From the NCBI GenBank assembly GCA_030595925.1, contig JAUVLC010000002.1:1-56155 (forward strand): DNA of 56,155 nt. The letters are read 5' to 3'. The position numbers were made by a program, and so were the translations under genes. The notes beneath the pieces were generated by a model, which did no database searches, was not told the DNA's origin, and was given only the letters and a program-made list of their open reading frames with translations. Positions 38,289 to 47,109 of the stretch are shown in pieces (the stretch's first letter is position 1; every line of letters begins with the position of its first letter). Source of the stretch: Clostridia bacterium. GTDB lineage: Bacteria > CBDUZB01 > JAGLHV01.

Positions 38289-38328
38289 CAGAGGGAAGAT
38301 AAAAAGTTTTCCCTCTGCGTTTATTTTA
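38289..38328 (+). terminator. rho-independent terminator
   Basis: Stem CAGAGGGAA, 11-nt loop, stem TTCCCTCTG, then a T-rich tract. Confidence 0.65.
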
Positions 38329-38505
38329 TCTTGACAATTAGTTTTGTTATTTGTTAAACTTATTGACGATGTTACAATAATGCCTCATCCTCCAAATCCG
38401 CCTGAGGCGGATGAGACGGAGCGGAATGACCCGCCTTAAGGACTGTCGGGCAGACAGAATACTGTATTTTGCAAAAATCTCACGAACTAACCAAAGGGGG
38501 AATGC

Positions 38506-39762
38506 TTGAAAATGTTTAAAAATAAAATTACTGTCGGATTATTTATTTATTTTTTTGTTTTTTCTTTTTTCTTTTTTATATCAGCTGAAGCGAAAATAGA
38601 AGTCGTTCCTTTGCTTGATTTAAAATTAGGTGGAGGAAATTCTTATTTTGAAGGGGAATCCAGTTCGTTCGGAGGTAACTTTAGTCTGCATTTAGTACCG
38701 GCAATAAGATTTGGTAGAACAACCACCCTGCTTCCCCGCTATAGTGCTTATTACTCAGGATACAGATTAGCTATAGAAATAGAAGATGAAGAAAGCCTCT
38801 ATCAACAATCTTTTGACCATACACTCTCGCTTAAATTAATCCAGGAAATTTTACCCGATTTTAAATTCAGGGCAGAATACGGCCAGGATACGGAACTACT
38901 CAAAGAAACCAAGGACGAATCATGGGGTGATGGATTATATGATTATAACAGTCCCTATACTAATTTCGAGTTAGAAAAAAAATTCCCCATAGGAAACGGC
39001 TCTTCATTTCTTCTGGGAGGAGGAATGAGACTCTATAATATTACTTATCCCAACTATCAATCTCTATCCAGCGAAATAGGACTGGAATTAATGGGAAAAA
39101 ATGTTCTGGATAATAAAAATGCGGATGTTTTTATTAATGGTGAAATCTTCTGGAATTCAAAATATTTCACTCACTGGAAATTTACTCACACCAGAAGCGA
39201 TTATAACGACCAAAAAATAATTACTAATTCCGGAGAATATTCCAATGAAAAAAGAAATGACCGGATTAGCAATTTTACTGTCGGTTTAAATTTTAATCCG
39301 GACAGAAAGTATTATCTGGGTTTTGAGGAAGACGGATATTACAAAATATATTCGGGAATAGATCTGGTTTTTAAAACGAAAACCTCCAATCAAAACCATT
39401 TTGATACTGAATTTCTAATGTTTACCCCCCACTTCTACAGCTATAATCAAGTAAAATTCATCCCTTCTATTACCTTTAAATTTGTACCTGGTAACACCAA
39501 TGTTACCTTAAGTTGTAACTTTTCGTTTAAAAATTATCCCGATAGATTAGCTCAAAATACTCTCGGTGAATATACCAATGACAACCTTTCTTCTCAATCA
39601 GGCGGTATAATGCTAAATCTTTCTTCTCCTATTAATGAACGAATTTATGTGGAATTAGGCTGTGGCTATAAAAAAACATCTTCTAATATGAAATACGAAA
39701 CTTTTTATCAATATAATTATTCTACCGCTGATTATTCAATGGGAATTTGCTATCGGTATTAA
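38506..39762 (+). CDS. outer-membrane beta-barrel protein (hypothetical)
   Basis: Signal peptide; Y/F/N/S/G-rich sequence with alternating hydrophobic pattern; C-terminal ...GICYRY aromatic terminus. The start is TTG 38506 or ATG 38512. Confidence 0.6.
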   Translation: MKMFKNKITVGLFIYFFVFSFFFFISAEAKIEVVPLLDLKLGGGNSYFEGESSSFGGNFSLHLVPAIRFGRTTTLLPRYSAYYSGYRLAIEIEDEESLYQQSFDHTLSLKLIQEILPDFKFRAEYGQDTELLKETKDESWGDGLYDYNSPYTNFELEKKFPIGNGSSFLLGGGMRLYNITYPNYQSLSSEIGLELMGKNVLDNKNADVFINGEIFWNSKYFTHWKFTHTRSDYNDQKIITNSGEYSNEKRNDRISNFTVGLNFNPDRKYYLGFEEDGYYKIYSGIDLVFKTKTSNQNHFDTEFLMFTPHFYSYNQVKFIPSITFKFVPGNTNVTLSCNFSFKNYPDRLAQNTLGEYTNDNLSSQSGGIMLNLSSPINERIYVELGCGYKKTSSNMKYETFYQYNYSTADYSMGICYRY

Positions 39763-39776
39763 ATAAACCTTAAAAA

Positions 39777-40811
39777 ATGAAAAAAACAACTTTATCTTTA
39801 GTTTTATTAATTCTAATCTTTAATTTGTTTTTTTTGCTGCCTTTGGAAGCAAGTAATCTGATTTCCATTATCAGCCCTCTTGCTATTAGTACCGAAGACG
39901 CAGAACAAATTGTAGAAGGAAAAGTAGAAGAATCCTTTATTTCCCGTCTAAAACTTTCGGTAGAACCATTCCTGCCCCGAAAAGGGGAAAAACCAAAAAC
40001 AGTCATTATTGAGGTTAAAAAAGGAATTTTCAGGGAAAACATTATTCTCTTCCCCGGATTAAATATTATCAGTATTTCCACTTTAAGCGGAAAACACAAA
40101 CAAAATAAAGCAATCTTTCTAATCACCCACAAACACAAAAAAGAAAATCAATTTCAAACCCCCATAGAACAATGGGGAACTAATTCCCCTATTGTATTTA
40201 CCACCCCACAAACCCTAAAAACAAACAAACCCAGAGTTTTTATTAAGGGAGTAATTACCAAACCCGAAATTAAAACAATAAAAATTATGGCAATCAATAC
40301 TATGGATTTTTTAACCAGTAAACCTATATCTTCTTCCCGGGAAGAAAGAATTGATTATCATGAGGTTAAAATTAAAAACTTGCAATTTGGCTTTCCGGTT
40401 AAATTAACCGAAGGTTTGAATATAATTATTGCCCGTCCCAGCCTGCTTTCCACTGAAACAATTGACCCAACTATCCTTCAAATAAAAACCCTTATTTATG
40501 AAAAGTTATCTTCGCAAATTTTATTAGATGAACCGCAAATGCAAGACGGAACCCTGATTATAAAAGGAAAAGTAACAGATCCTGCAATTAAAAAAGTGCG
40601 AATAAATGTTTCTGCTTTGGTTAAAGAAGAAATTCGCCCGGGAATACAATCCAAAACACTGATTAATAAAAAAATAAAAGTAAACAACAAGGGTGAGTTT
40701 GCTCTCAAATTAGCGCTGGAGAAAAAAGGACTTTATATAATAAAATCCCCTCCTACTATCAATGTGTGGGCGAACGGAAATAACGCTACAAAAACTATCC
40801 TTAAATGGTAA
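39777..40811 (+). CDS. secreted protein with three Ig-like repeats (hypothetical)
   Basis: Signal peptide MKKTTLSLVLLILIFNLFFLLPLEA. A repeated signature occurs three times: (I/V)xGKVxx / IKGVITKPEIKTIKI / IKGKVTDPAIKKVRI. Confidence 0.55.
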   Translation: MKKTTLSLVLLILIFNLFFLLPLEASNLISIISPLAISTEDAEQIVEGKVEESFISRLKLSVEPFLPRKGEKPKTVIIEVKKGIFRENIILFPGLNIISISTLSGKHKQNKAIFLITHKHKKENQFQTPIEQWGTNSPIVFTTPQTLKTNKPRVFIKGVITKPEIKTIKIMAINTMDFLTSKPISSSREERIDYHEVKIKNLQFGFPVKLTEGLNIIIARPSLLSTETIDPTILQIKTLIYEKLSSQILLDEPQMQDGTLIIKGKVTDPAIKKVRINVSALVKEEIRPGIQSKTLINKKIKVNNKGEFALKLALEKKGLYIIKSPPTINVWANGNNATKTILKW

Positions 40812-40900
40812 AAAAAAATACGCTGATTTCTGTGACTTTTGCGAAAAAATTGAGCAAGTCTTCGAGTTTTAGCAAAAATATAAATTTTAAATAAAAAAAA

Positions 40901-40924
40901 TCCCTAAAAAAAATAGGGATTTTT
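40901..40924. terminator. bidirectional intrinsic terminator between convergent genes
   Basis: Sequence A8-TCCCTA-AAAAAAA-TAGGGA-TTTTT. Confidence 0.6.
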
Positions 40925-40956
40925 AAAATTAGATAATTTTTTTATAAAAGCCGTTC

Positions 40957-42540
40957 TTAGCTATAAACCGTGTAATCCATCCAGGGAAAAATATTATCTT
41001 TATATTCTATATCGGAAAGCCAATCTTTATCTATCTTATCTTCTTTTATATCATTATATAATTTGGTAAACCGATTAAGATGTTCTTTGGTCCTTTTCTG
41101 CGCATAACTAACTACTGTCCCGGTAGTCATAATAAAAGCCCAATCACTACTCTGGGCTAAAAGTAATTCCCTCGCTGCCTGATTTAGCGCCTGTTCTTTA
41201 ATCCCATTCGCCTGAGGATTTTCCCTGCTTACCTCCATCATTCTCTCTACCGCTTTATGTAAATGCCTATAAATCCAGTCATTAGAACCATTCAACCAAC
41301 ACTCATTATATCCTTTATCCCCCCATGTTGACATAGAAGGAGTAACGACTTGATTTCTAGGGTTTTCCCTTAAATATTCTATTGGTGTAATTAATCTTAT
41401 CGTTTTCTGATCATAATGAATTTTTCGGAATAAAAAATCAATGAAAGCTGGACCTTCATACCACCAGTGCCCAAACAATTCCGCATCGTAAGGAGAAACA
41501 ATTATGGGTTTCTTTCCCATTAAATCGCTAAGATATTCTAACTGTTTTCCCCTATTAAACACAAAATTGCCTGCATGAGCAGCAGCTGCATCCAGAGCAT
41601 CTTGCGGACAATATGGCTTTTTATCATATAAAGGAACCTGTCCTGTAATCTTATAATATTTAATTCCTATATTCTTTCTTATCCCATTAGACTGTAAGTG
41701 CGGCCGAATATATTCATAATCAGCATCATAACCTAAATCACGGTAGAACTCTCTATAACGAAAATCACCCGGATAACCCGTATTTGCACTCCAGACCTGA
41801 TGGGATGACTCTGTATCCCGAGCAAAAGCTGCAACCCCTGAAGGACAAAAAACCGGCGAAAAAACTCCATATTTCGGCCGCGGGTTACCATACATTAATC
41901 CATGAGTATCGATAAAGAAAAATTTAATTTTTTCTTCTTTAAGAACCTCATCAATGCCCGAACCATAAGCACATTCTGAAAGCCACATCCCTCCTGGTTT
42001 TCGTCCAAAGCGCATTTCATAATCTCTCACTGCAACCTTTACCTGTGCTTCTTTTGCTTTTTGATTAACCATTAACGGTAAAATACCATGAGTAGCACAT
42101 CCGGTAATAATTTCTACTTTTCCCATATCCTGAAATTTTTTAAAAGCCGAAAGAACATTCTTATGATATTTATCTTCAAAGATATAACGCGCTGTTTTAA
42201 ATTTTTTCTCGTACATTTGAGCCACATTGCAAAGCTCAGGAATCCATTGTAAACGTTTCACCTCTTTTTCTGATAATTCAATCAATTTATATAGATACCG
42301 AAGATACCGCTCCCGCAGTAGGGAATCAGAAAGCATGGCACATAAAGGAGGAGTTAAAGATAAGGTAAGCCTAAAATCAATATGTTCTTCTACTAATCGG
42401 TCAAAAATCTCAATTAACGGAAGATATGTCTCGGTAATTGCTTCAAAAAGCCAGTCCTCTTCCATAAAATCTTTATGCTCAGGATGACGAATAAAAGGAA
42501 GATGTGCATGCAATACAAAACATAAATACCCTTTTTCCAT
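40957..42540 (-). CDS. GH57-family 1,4-alpha-glucan branching enzyme
   Basis: N-terminal YLCFVLHAHLPFIRHPE..., motifs TGCATHGILP, WLSECAY and ELFGHWW. Confidence 0.85.
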   Translation of the reverse strand: MEKGYLCFVLHAHLPFIRHPEHKDFMEEDWLFEAITETYLPLIEIFDRLVEEHIDFRLTLSLTPPLCAMLSDSLLRERYLRYLYKLIELSEKEVKRLQWIPELCNVAQMYEKKFKTARYIFEDKYHKNVLSAFKKFQDMGKVEIITGCATHGILPLMVNQKAKEAQVKVAVRDYEMRFGRKPGGMWLSECAYGSGIDEVLKEEKIKFFFIDTHGLMYGNPRPKYGVFSPVFCPSGVAAFARDTESSHQVWSANTGYPGDFRYREFYRDLGYDADYEYIRPHLQSNGIRKNIGIKYYKITGQVPLYDKKPYCPQDALDAAAAHAGNFVFNRGKQLEYLSDLMGKKPIIVSPYDAELFGHWWYEGPAFIDFLFRKIHYDQKTIRLITPIEYLRENPRNQVVTPSMSTWGDKGYNECWLNGSNDWIYRHLHKAVERMMEVSRENPQANGIKEQALNQAARELLLAQSSDWAFIMTTGTVVSYAQKRTKEHLNRFTKLYNDIKEDKIDKDWLSDIEYKDNIFPWMDYTVYS

Positions 42541-42587
42541 TTATAATTCCTTTTCTATTAATTTAATTATTGATTTTAAGAATTTTG

Positions 42588-43457
42588 TTAGTTTGTTTGG
42601 CAATTCACGATAATCTTAATATCCCGTTTTTCTTTTCTATTTTTAGAAACCGCCTTGATAGGAATTTGCTGACATCCATCGGGTAACGCCATCCTTAAAG
42701 AAAATGTTCCATCCGGCTTCAGGGGTACTTCTTTCCCCTGAACACTTAAAACAGCATCCGACTGAGTAGCCCCACAAATTGTTAATTCCGCATTAGCTAC
42801 AAACCAAAATCCATTCGTTTCCGTTTTATTCCATATTCCCAAAGAAGATATTCCCGGAGAACTCACAGAAATAATCTCTTTCATTTCCTCAAAAAGCCTT
42901 CTTTTCACCTCGACTGAACTTTTACCAATTTTCTCAATATTTACTAATCGCATTAATTTCTCAAAATCTCCCTTTACCATCATCCATTCTTCATCAGCGA
43001 TATCAGATATTCTTCCTGTTGGTAAAGTGATAATATTAGACCGGGCTAAAACGAAAAAATCCCCTCCCGGAATATGCAAACCAATATCCACACAACAACC
43101 TTTTCCGCTTTCATTAATATTAATATACCAATTATTAGCTCCGGAAGGAAGCTCAATATCAAAAAAACGATGAGCATTCAACCCGTTAAAATCAATATTT
43201 GTGACATCATAAAACCTTAAAATATAAGGTATTTTTTGAAAAATATCCTTGCCAAATCTTTCTTTTACTTCCGTTTTTTTTGACTCATTAATCTCCCAAT
43301 AAGCATAAATCATTACGGGATCACGCGGCAAAATAACAATTTTATTGTCTTCGTAATTTAAAGGCAAAGAACCTCCCACATCTACATAAACACCTTGCTT
43401 TCTGGAAACATAACTACCCTGAGAAGCTGTTGCTTCTTCCCCCTTATCATGTCCCAT
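42588..43457 (-). CDS. DUF4912-domain protein (usual partner of GH57 branching enzymes)
   Basis: Motif LPLNYEDNKIVILPRDPVMIYAYWEI. Confidence 0.65.
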   Translation of the reverse strand: MGHDKGEEATASQGSYVSRKQGVYVDVGGSLPLNYEDNKIVILPRDPVMIYAYWEINESKKTEVKERFGKDIFQKIPYILRFYDVTNIDFNGLNAHRFFDIELPSGANNWYININESGKGCCVDIGLHIPGGDFFVLARSNIITLPTGRISDIADEEWMMVKGDFEKLMRLVNIEKIGKSSVEVKRRLFEEMKEIISVSSPGISSLGIWNKTETNGFWFVANAELTICGATQSDAVLSVQGKEVPLKPDGTFSLRMALPDGCQQIPIKAVSKNRKEKRDIKIIVNCQTN

Positions 43458-43526
43458 AACCCTTTCCCCTTTCTATCTCATCTTTTTTGCACAAACAAAC
43501 ATTTTTGGGCCCAAAACCTAATTTAT

Positions 43527-43555
43527 ATATTACTCTTTTCTTTTGTCCCTGTCAA
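43527..43555 (-). promoter_or_regulatory. sigma70-type promoter of the DUF4912-GH57 operon
   Basis: On the minus strand: TTGACA, a 17-nt spacer, then TAATAT. Confidence 0.5.
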
Positions 43556-43606
43556 GACAAAAAAAACCTTTTTTTCTAAAATAGGTGCTTTTTAAAATTA
43601 TAAAAA

Positions 43607-43696
43607 ATTACACCGATTTTGTCGTCTAAGTTTTAATCTGTGTAATCTGGTTTCTAATCTGTGAAATCAGGAACTGCTGGGTTTTTCAGCAGACCC
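43607..43696 (+). repeat. 90-nt direct repeat, copy 1
   Basis: The first 65 nt are identical to 47110-47174 and the last 25 nt match 20/25. It contains GATTACAC/GTGTAATC inverted 8-mers, two tandem units of about 20 nt (43630-43670), and a terminal hairpin CTGCTG..CAGCAG. Confidence 0.9.
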
Positions 43697-44322
43697 TAAA
43701 TATATCCCTTACATAAATAATAAATAAACTTTATATACTCATTATTTACACGGACAAGACCTTTTTCGGAAGACCACCAATTGTTTGCGGAAAACCAGCT
43801 ATCCTGGACAGGATAAAACATTAAATTTATAGCACTTTTCTTAAATCTTTTTTTAAATACAAAAAAAGCTCTCTTTATATGGTATGGCTCAGTAACAATA
43901 ATAAGCGATTTAAACCCATATTTTTTAACGATTTTTTTAATAAGCAATGCATCATCATAAGTACTATGAGACTCCAACACAATAATTATATCTTTTTCTT
44001 CAATACCCTTTAACATTGCTTCTTTTTTCGCCAATTGTGCCCAATGCACTTCTTCTAAAGAAGGAACATCTATTTTTTCTCCGGTAAAAATAATTTTTTC
44101 AGCATATTTCTCTTTAAAAAGTTTTATTCCCTGATGGGCCCTTTCCTTTTCTCCTCCCCCTAACACCACTATAACATCCGCCGGTTTTATGGCTGTTTGA
44201 AAAACAAGATATTCTCCTATCTGAATTAACCAAAACTTATAACTAACTAATAAAAAAATTATAAAGGATATAACAAAAAAAATAATCCTTTTTTTAAATG
44301 TCTCTTTTCTCAAAAAAATCAT
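43696..44322 (-). CDS. YdcF/DUF218 (ElyC/SanA-like) family protein with an N-terminal TM
   Basis: Motifs DVIVVLGGGEKER...IIFTG... and TEPYHIKRA. Confidence 0.75.
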   Translation of the reverse strand: MIFLRKETFKKRIIFFVISFIIFLLVSYKFWLIQIGEYLVFQTAIKPADVIVVLGGGEKERAHQGIKLFKEKYAEKIIFTGEKIDVPSLEEVHWAQLAKKEAMLKGIEEKDIIIVLESHSTYDDALLIKKIVKKYGFKSLIIVTEPYHIKRAFFVFKKRFKKSAINLMFYPVQDSWFSANNWWSSEKGLVRVNNEYIKFIYYLCKGYI

Positions 44323-44372
44323 TTTTTTACCATATCCTCTATGTTTTTTCTGAAATGTATCAATTGTAATTT

Positions 44373-44786
44373 CTACTTACGTGTTTTTTTGGGTTTCCGG
44401 GAATATTTTGCTTCTACAATTGTCTTTATTCCACCTCTAAAATTAAATTCCCCGGAAACATTAACCCATTCAGGTTTTGCCGCCTTGACTATATCCTGTA
44501 AAATATGATTAACTGCATTTTCATAAAATATACCTAAATTGCGGTATTTACCGATATAAAGCTTTAGAGACTTAAGCTCCACACAATATTTAAAAGGCAT
44601 GTATTTAATAATAATCGTCCCAAAATCAGGTAAACCGGTCTTGGGACAAATAGATGTAAATTCAGGAATAACAATAGTTATTTCATAATTTTTAAATTGA
44701 TTTATCCAACATTCAATATCCGGTAATTTTTCCTTGAGTCCTGCTTTTGCATGTTTATCAGAATATTCTCTTTTAACAGAAAGCAA
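44373..44786 (-). CDS. queF: NADPH-dependent 7-cyano-7-deazaguanine (preQ0) reductase, unimodular type
   Basis: Catalytic-Cys context PEFTSICPKTGLPDFGTI and the QueF motif ELKSLKLY. Confidence 0.9.
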   Translation of the reverse strand: MLSVKREYSDKHAKAGLKEKLPDIECWINQFKNYEITIVIPEFTSICPKTGLPDFGTIIIKYMPFKYCVELKSLKLYIGKYRNLGIFYENAVNHILQDIVKAAKPEWVNVSGEFNFRGGIKTIVEAKYSRKPKKTRK

Positions 44787-44807
44787 TTTTTACCTCCTTA
44801 AAATATT

Positions 44808-45776
44808 TCATTTTTTTTCTAATACTAAATTCGATAAGAAATAAGAACATTTCCCCGCCCATTTTTTTCGATCAGGCCCTATCCGAACAGAAAAAGGAAC
44901 ACTAAATCCCGGTTTAAGTATTTTTCCCTTATTAACTTTTTTTTCGCCTTTAGCAATAACATTAAAACTTCTTTCCAAAATAATTTTCTTTTTCTTATCC
45001 AAAAGTTTAATATTCATTTTCACATTATTAATAACACTTTTACTTATATTTTTTATTTTTCCCTTTGCTAAAACCGATTCACCTTCTTTTTTGTCATGAT
45101 AACGTTTTATTTTAAACTTGCTGACTATTACATACTTACCAATCTTTAATGACTTACCATTCTGTTTCGTTTTTTTCTTAATCTGTTGTTTTTTTGCTTT
45201 TTTGGATATTTTTTTCACCACAGGGGATTTTTTTACCTTTTTATTCTCCATTACTTTTACTTTGCTTTCTTTCTTTTTTTGTTTCACTGTTTTCTTCTTT
45301 TTTTCTGTTATATTTTTCACTTCAGGGGAAATTATCTTTTTATTTAATGCAAATAGATTTAAATCCAGCATTTTTATTTCTTTTTTAATCTGATTATTAG
45401 TTTTTATTCCCAATGCTAAAAAAAGCAAAATAATTCCTGTAATAAAAAGCAAAAAATAAAATACTTTTTTTTGAAAGGACTTTATCGGTTTTATCCTATC
45501 ACTGACTTCCTTTTTATACTGTTCAGCACTTTTCTTAAAACCATCATTTAAACCATTTATTTTCCTCTCCAACGGTTTCATTTTTTCTTCTATTAATTTT
45601 AATACTTTAGCACTTAATTTCTCTTCCTCCTTTGCTTCCGAATATCTCTTTATATCTGATATTTCTTCCTGAAATTGTTTTCTCTTTGGCCTCTCTTCTG
45701 AATTGTCTTTTTTATCAGCTACTTGTTTTCTTCCTTCCATATCTTTTTTTAAAGCTTCTATTTCCTGTTTATCCAT
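44808..45776 (-). CDS. hypothetical Lys-rich single-pass membrane protein with a C-terminal beta-rich (DUF3426-like) domain
   Basis: Coiled-coil N-terminus, TM helix VFYFLLFITGIILLFLALGI, poly-K linker, and a C-terminal VLAKGKIKNIS...LKPGFSVPFSV pattern. Confidence 0.5.
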   Translation of the reverse strand: MDKQEIEALKKDMEGRKQVADKKDNSEERPKRKQFQEEISDIKRYSEAKEEEKLSAKVLKLIEEKMKPLERKINGLNDGFKKSAEQYKKEVSDRIKPIKSFQKKVFYFLLFITGIILLFLALGIKTNNQIKKEIKMLDLNLFALNKKIISPEVKNITEKKKKTVKQKKKESKVKVMENKKVKKSPVVKKISKKAKKQQIKKKTKQNGKSLKIGKYVIVSKFKIKRYHDKKEGESVLAKGKIKNISKSVINNVKMNIKLLDKKKKIILERSFNVIAKGEKKVNKGKILKPGFSVPFSVRIGPDRKKWAGKCSYFLSNLVLEKK

Positions 45777-45790
45777 ATCTTTACCTCTCT

Positions 45791-46249
45791 TTACTTTAAA
45801 ATTTTTATCTGTTCCGGTTTATTTAAAATTATTTCCGGTTTCCCTGCATATTCTTTAATATAACCAAATACACAAACCTTCTTTCCTTGATAAAAACGTT
45901 CAGGATTTAACGGAAACAAAGAAAACGAAGACTTAAAAATAACCGCACTAAAATGTCGTCTGTAATCCTGATGAAAATTAAGAAAACAGGCTTTTCCTGA
46001 ATTATAAGTAGCCACAACCGTTCCTTCCACTGCAACATATTCTCCATAGTAATCTGCTGCGTTTTGCCAGGAAATGACCGGAATTGAATCTGGTGTTTTT
46101 TTAATTTCTGTTTGTTGCTTATACAAACAAACAGGGTTTTCAAACCAAGTCTTCGCCAAATACATTATCAAAACAGTTGCTATTACAACAAATCCCAGTC
46201 GAACAAGAAATTTTTTTAAATCAATGCTTTGTTTTTTCATTATTTTCAT
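45791..46249 (-). CDS. membrane-anchored OB-fold-like protein (hypothetical)
   Basis: N-terminal TM followed by YYGEYVAVEGTVVATYNSGKACFLNF...GKKVCVFGYIKEYAGKPEIIL. An alternative start is at 46240. Overlaps the nuclease gene's 3' end. Confidence 0.55.
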   Translation of the reverse strand: MKIMKKQSIDLKKFLVRLGFVVIATVLIMYLAKTWFENPVCLYKQQTEIKKTPDSIPVISWQNAADYYGEYVAVEGTVVATYNSGKACFLNFHQDYRRHFSAVIFKSSFSLFPLNPERFYQGKKVCVFGYIKEYAGKPEIILNKPEQIKILK

Positions 46250-46964
46250 TTTTTATTTTTTTAAGAGGATACTTCAAAACAAGATTATTCAGTAATTTAT
46301 CTAATTCCATACGTCCCTCCAAATTGAGAGAATCATATCTTTTTGCAAGATTGGCAATTCTGCCATCCTGAAGTGTCAAATGCCATAAACCGTACTGCCG
46401 ATTTCTTGCCCTTTGTTCTAAAGCAATAAATTCATCTCTTCTACGAAAAGGAAACCGGGTATAAGCATAGGCATAACCCCAACGAATCATCTCAGCATTT
46501 ATCAGCTTATCCCCAATAAAAACATAGGCTAAAATCCTTTCGTATTTATCCAGCTTATTATGGGGTTCGTATTCCAAAAAACACTTATTTCCTTCAGCCA
46601 TTTCCTTTAAAAACCCTGTTGCCTCCCGTCCAAATCTCTGTGCCGGAATCACCGGATGATGAACTTCTGGGGAATCAATACCAATAAGGCGAACTATTTT
46701 ATTATTACTAAGTTTAATTGTATCACCATCAATAACATTTTTTATAAAAAACGGCCCTTCTTTCAAAAACAAAGAAGAACCTTTTCCCTTCGGAATACAT
46801 TTATTAAAACTTTCCTTATGATTTAATTTTACACGAATTACCGCCATTATTAAAATGATACTTACAGTAATGGCGATAAGCCTCACCAGAAAAATATCCT
46901 GACAGAAGGATTTAAAAATATTTTTAGACCGAATAAAAAATCCCATTTGTTCCTTTTTGAACAT
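46221..46964 (-). CDS. membrane-anchored thermonuclease (staphylococcal nuclease/SNase fold)
   Basis: Motifs VIDGDTIKL...VRLIGIDSPEV...GREATGFLK...DKYERILAYV...NAEMIRWGYA. The SD-supported start may be ATG 46946. Confidence 0.8.
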   Translation of the reverse strand: MFKKEQMGFFIRSKNIFKSFCQDIFLVRLIAITVSIILIMAVIRVKLNHKESFNKCIPKGKGSSLFLKEGPFFIKNVIDGDTIKLSNNKIVRLIGIDSPEVHHPVIPAQRFGREATGFLKEMAEGNKCFLEYEPHNKLDKYERILAYVFIGDKLINAEMIRWGYAYAYTRFPFRRRDEFIALEQRARNRQYGLWHLTLQDGRIANLAKRYDSLNLEGRMELDKLLNNLVLKYPLKKIKNENNEKTKH

Positions 46965-46985
46965 ATCTAAAACTTTCGAATTTAG

Positions 46986-47086
46986 GGCTTACTGAAAAAT
47001 GCAAATCCGCCTCAGGCAAAGCACTCTTTGTACAAAATCACCAAAAACCTTGCACTTTTAATTGCATATAAATTTTCCAGTAAGCC
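46986..47086. repeat. 101-bp palindromic (MITE-like) element
   Basis: The arms GGCTTACTGAAAAAT (46986-47000) and ATTTTCCAGTAAGCC (47072-47086) match 14/15. Inside is AAATCCGCCTCAGGC, which recurs at 38394-38408. Confidence 0.5.
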
Positions 47087-47109
47087 TTGATTACACAGAT
47101 ATTAAAGAG

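Noticed and set aside
44787-44807. A preQ1 riboswitch upstream of queF, a TPP riboswitch upstream of dxs, and a c-di-AMP riboswitch upstream of ktrB.
   Set aside because: The queF and ktrB spacers are only about 21 and 36 nt. The dxs upstream gap contains the REP-like hairpin and none of the conserved TPP-riboswitch core (CUGAGA...ACCUGA) that I could find.
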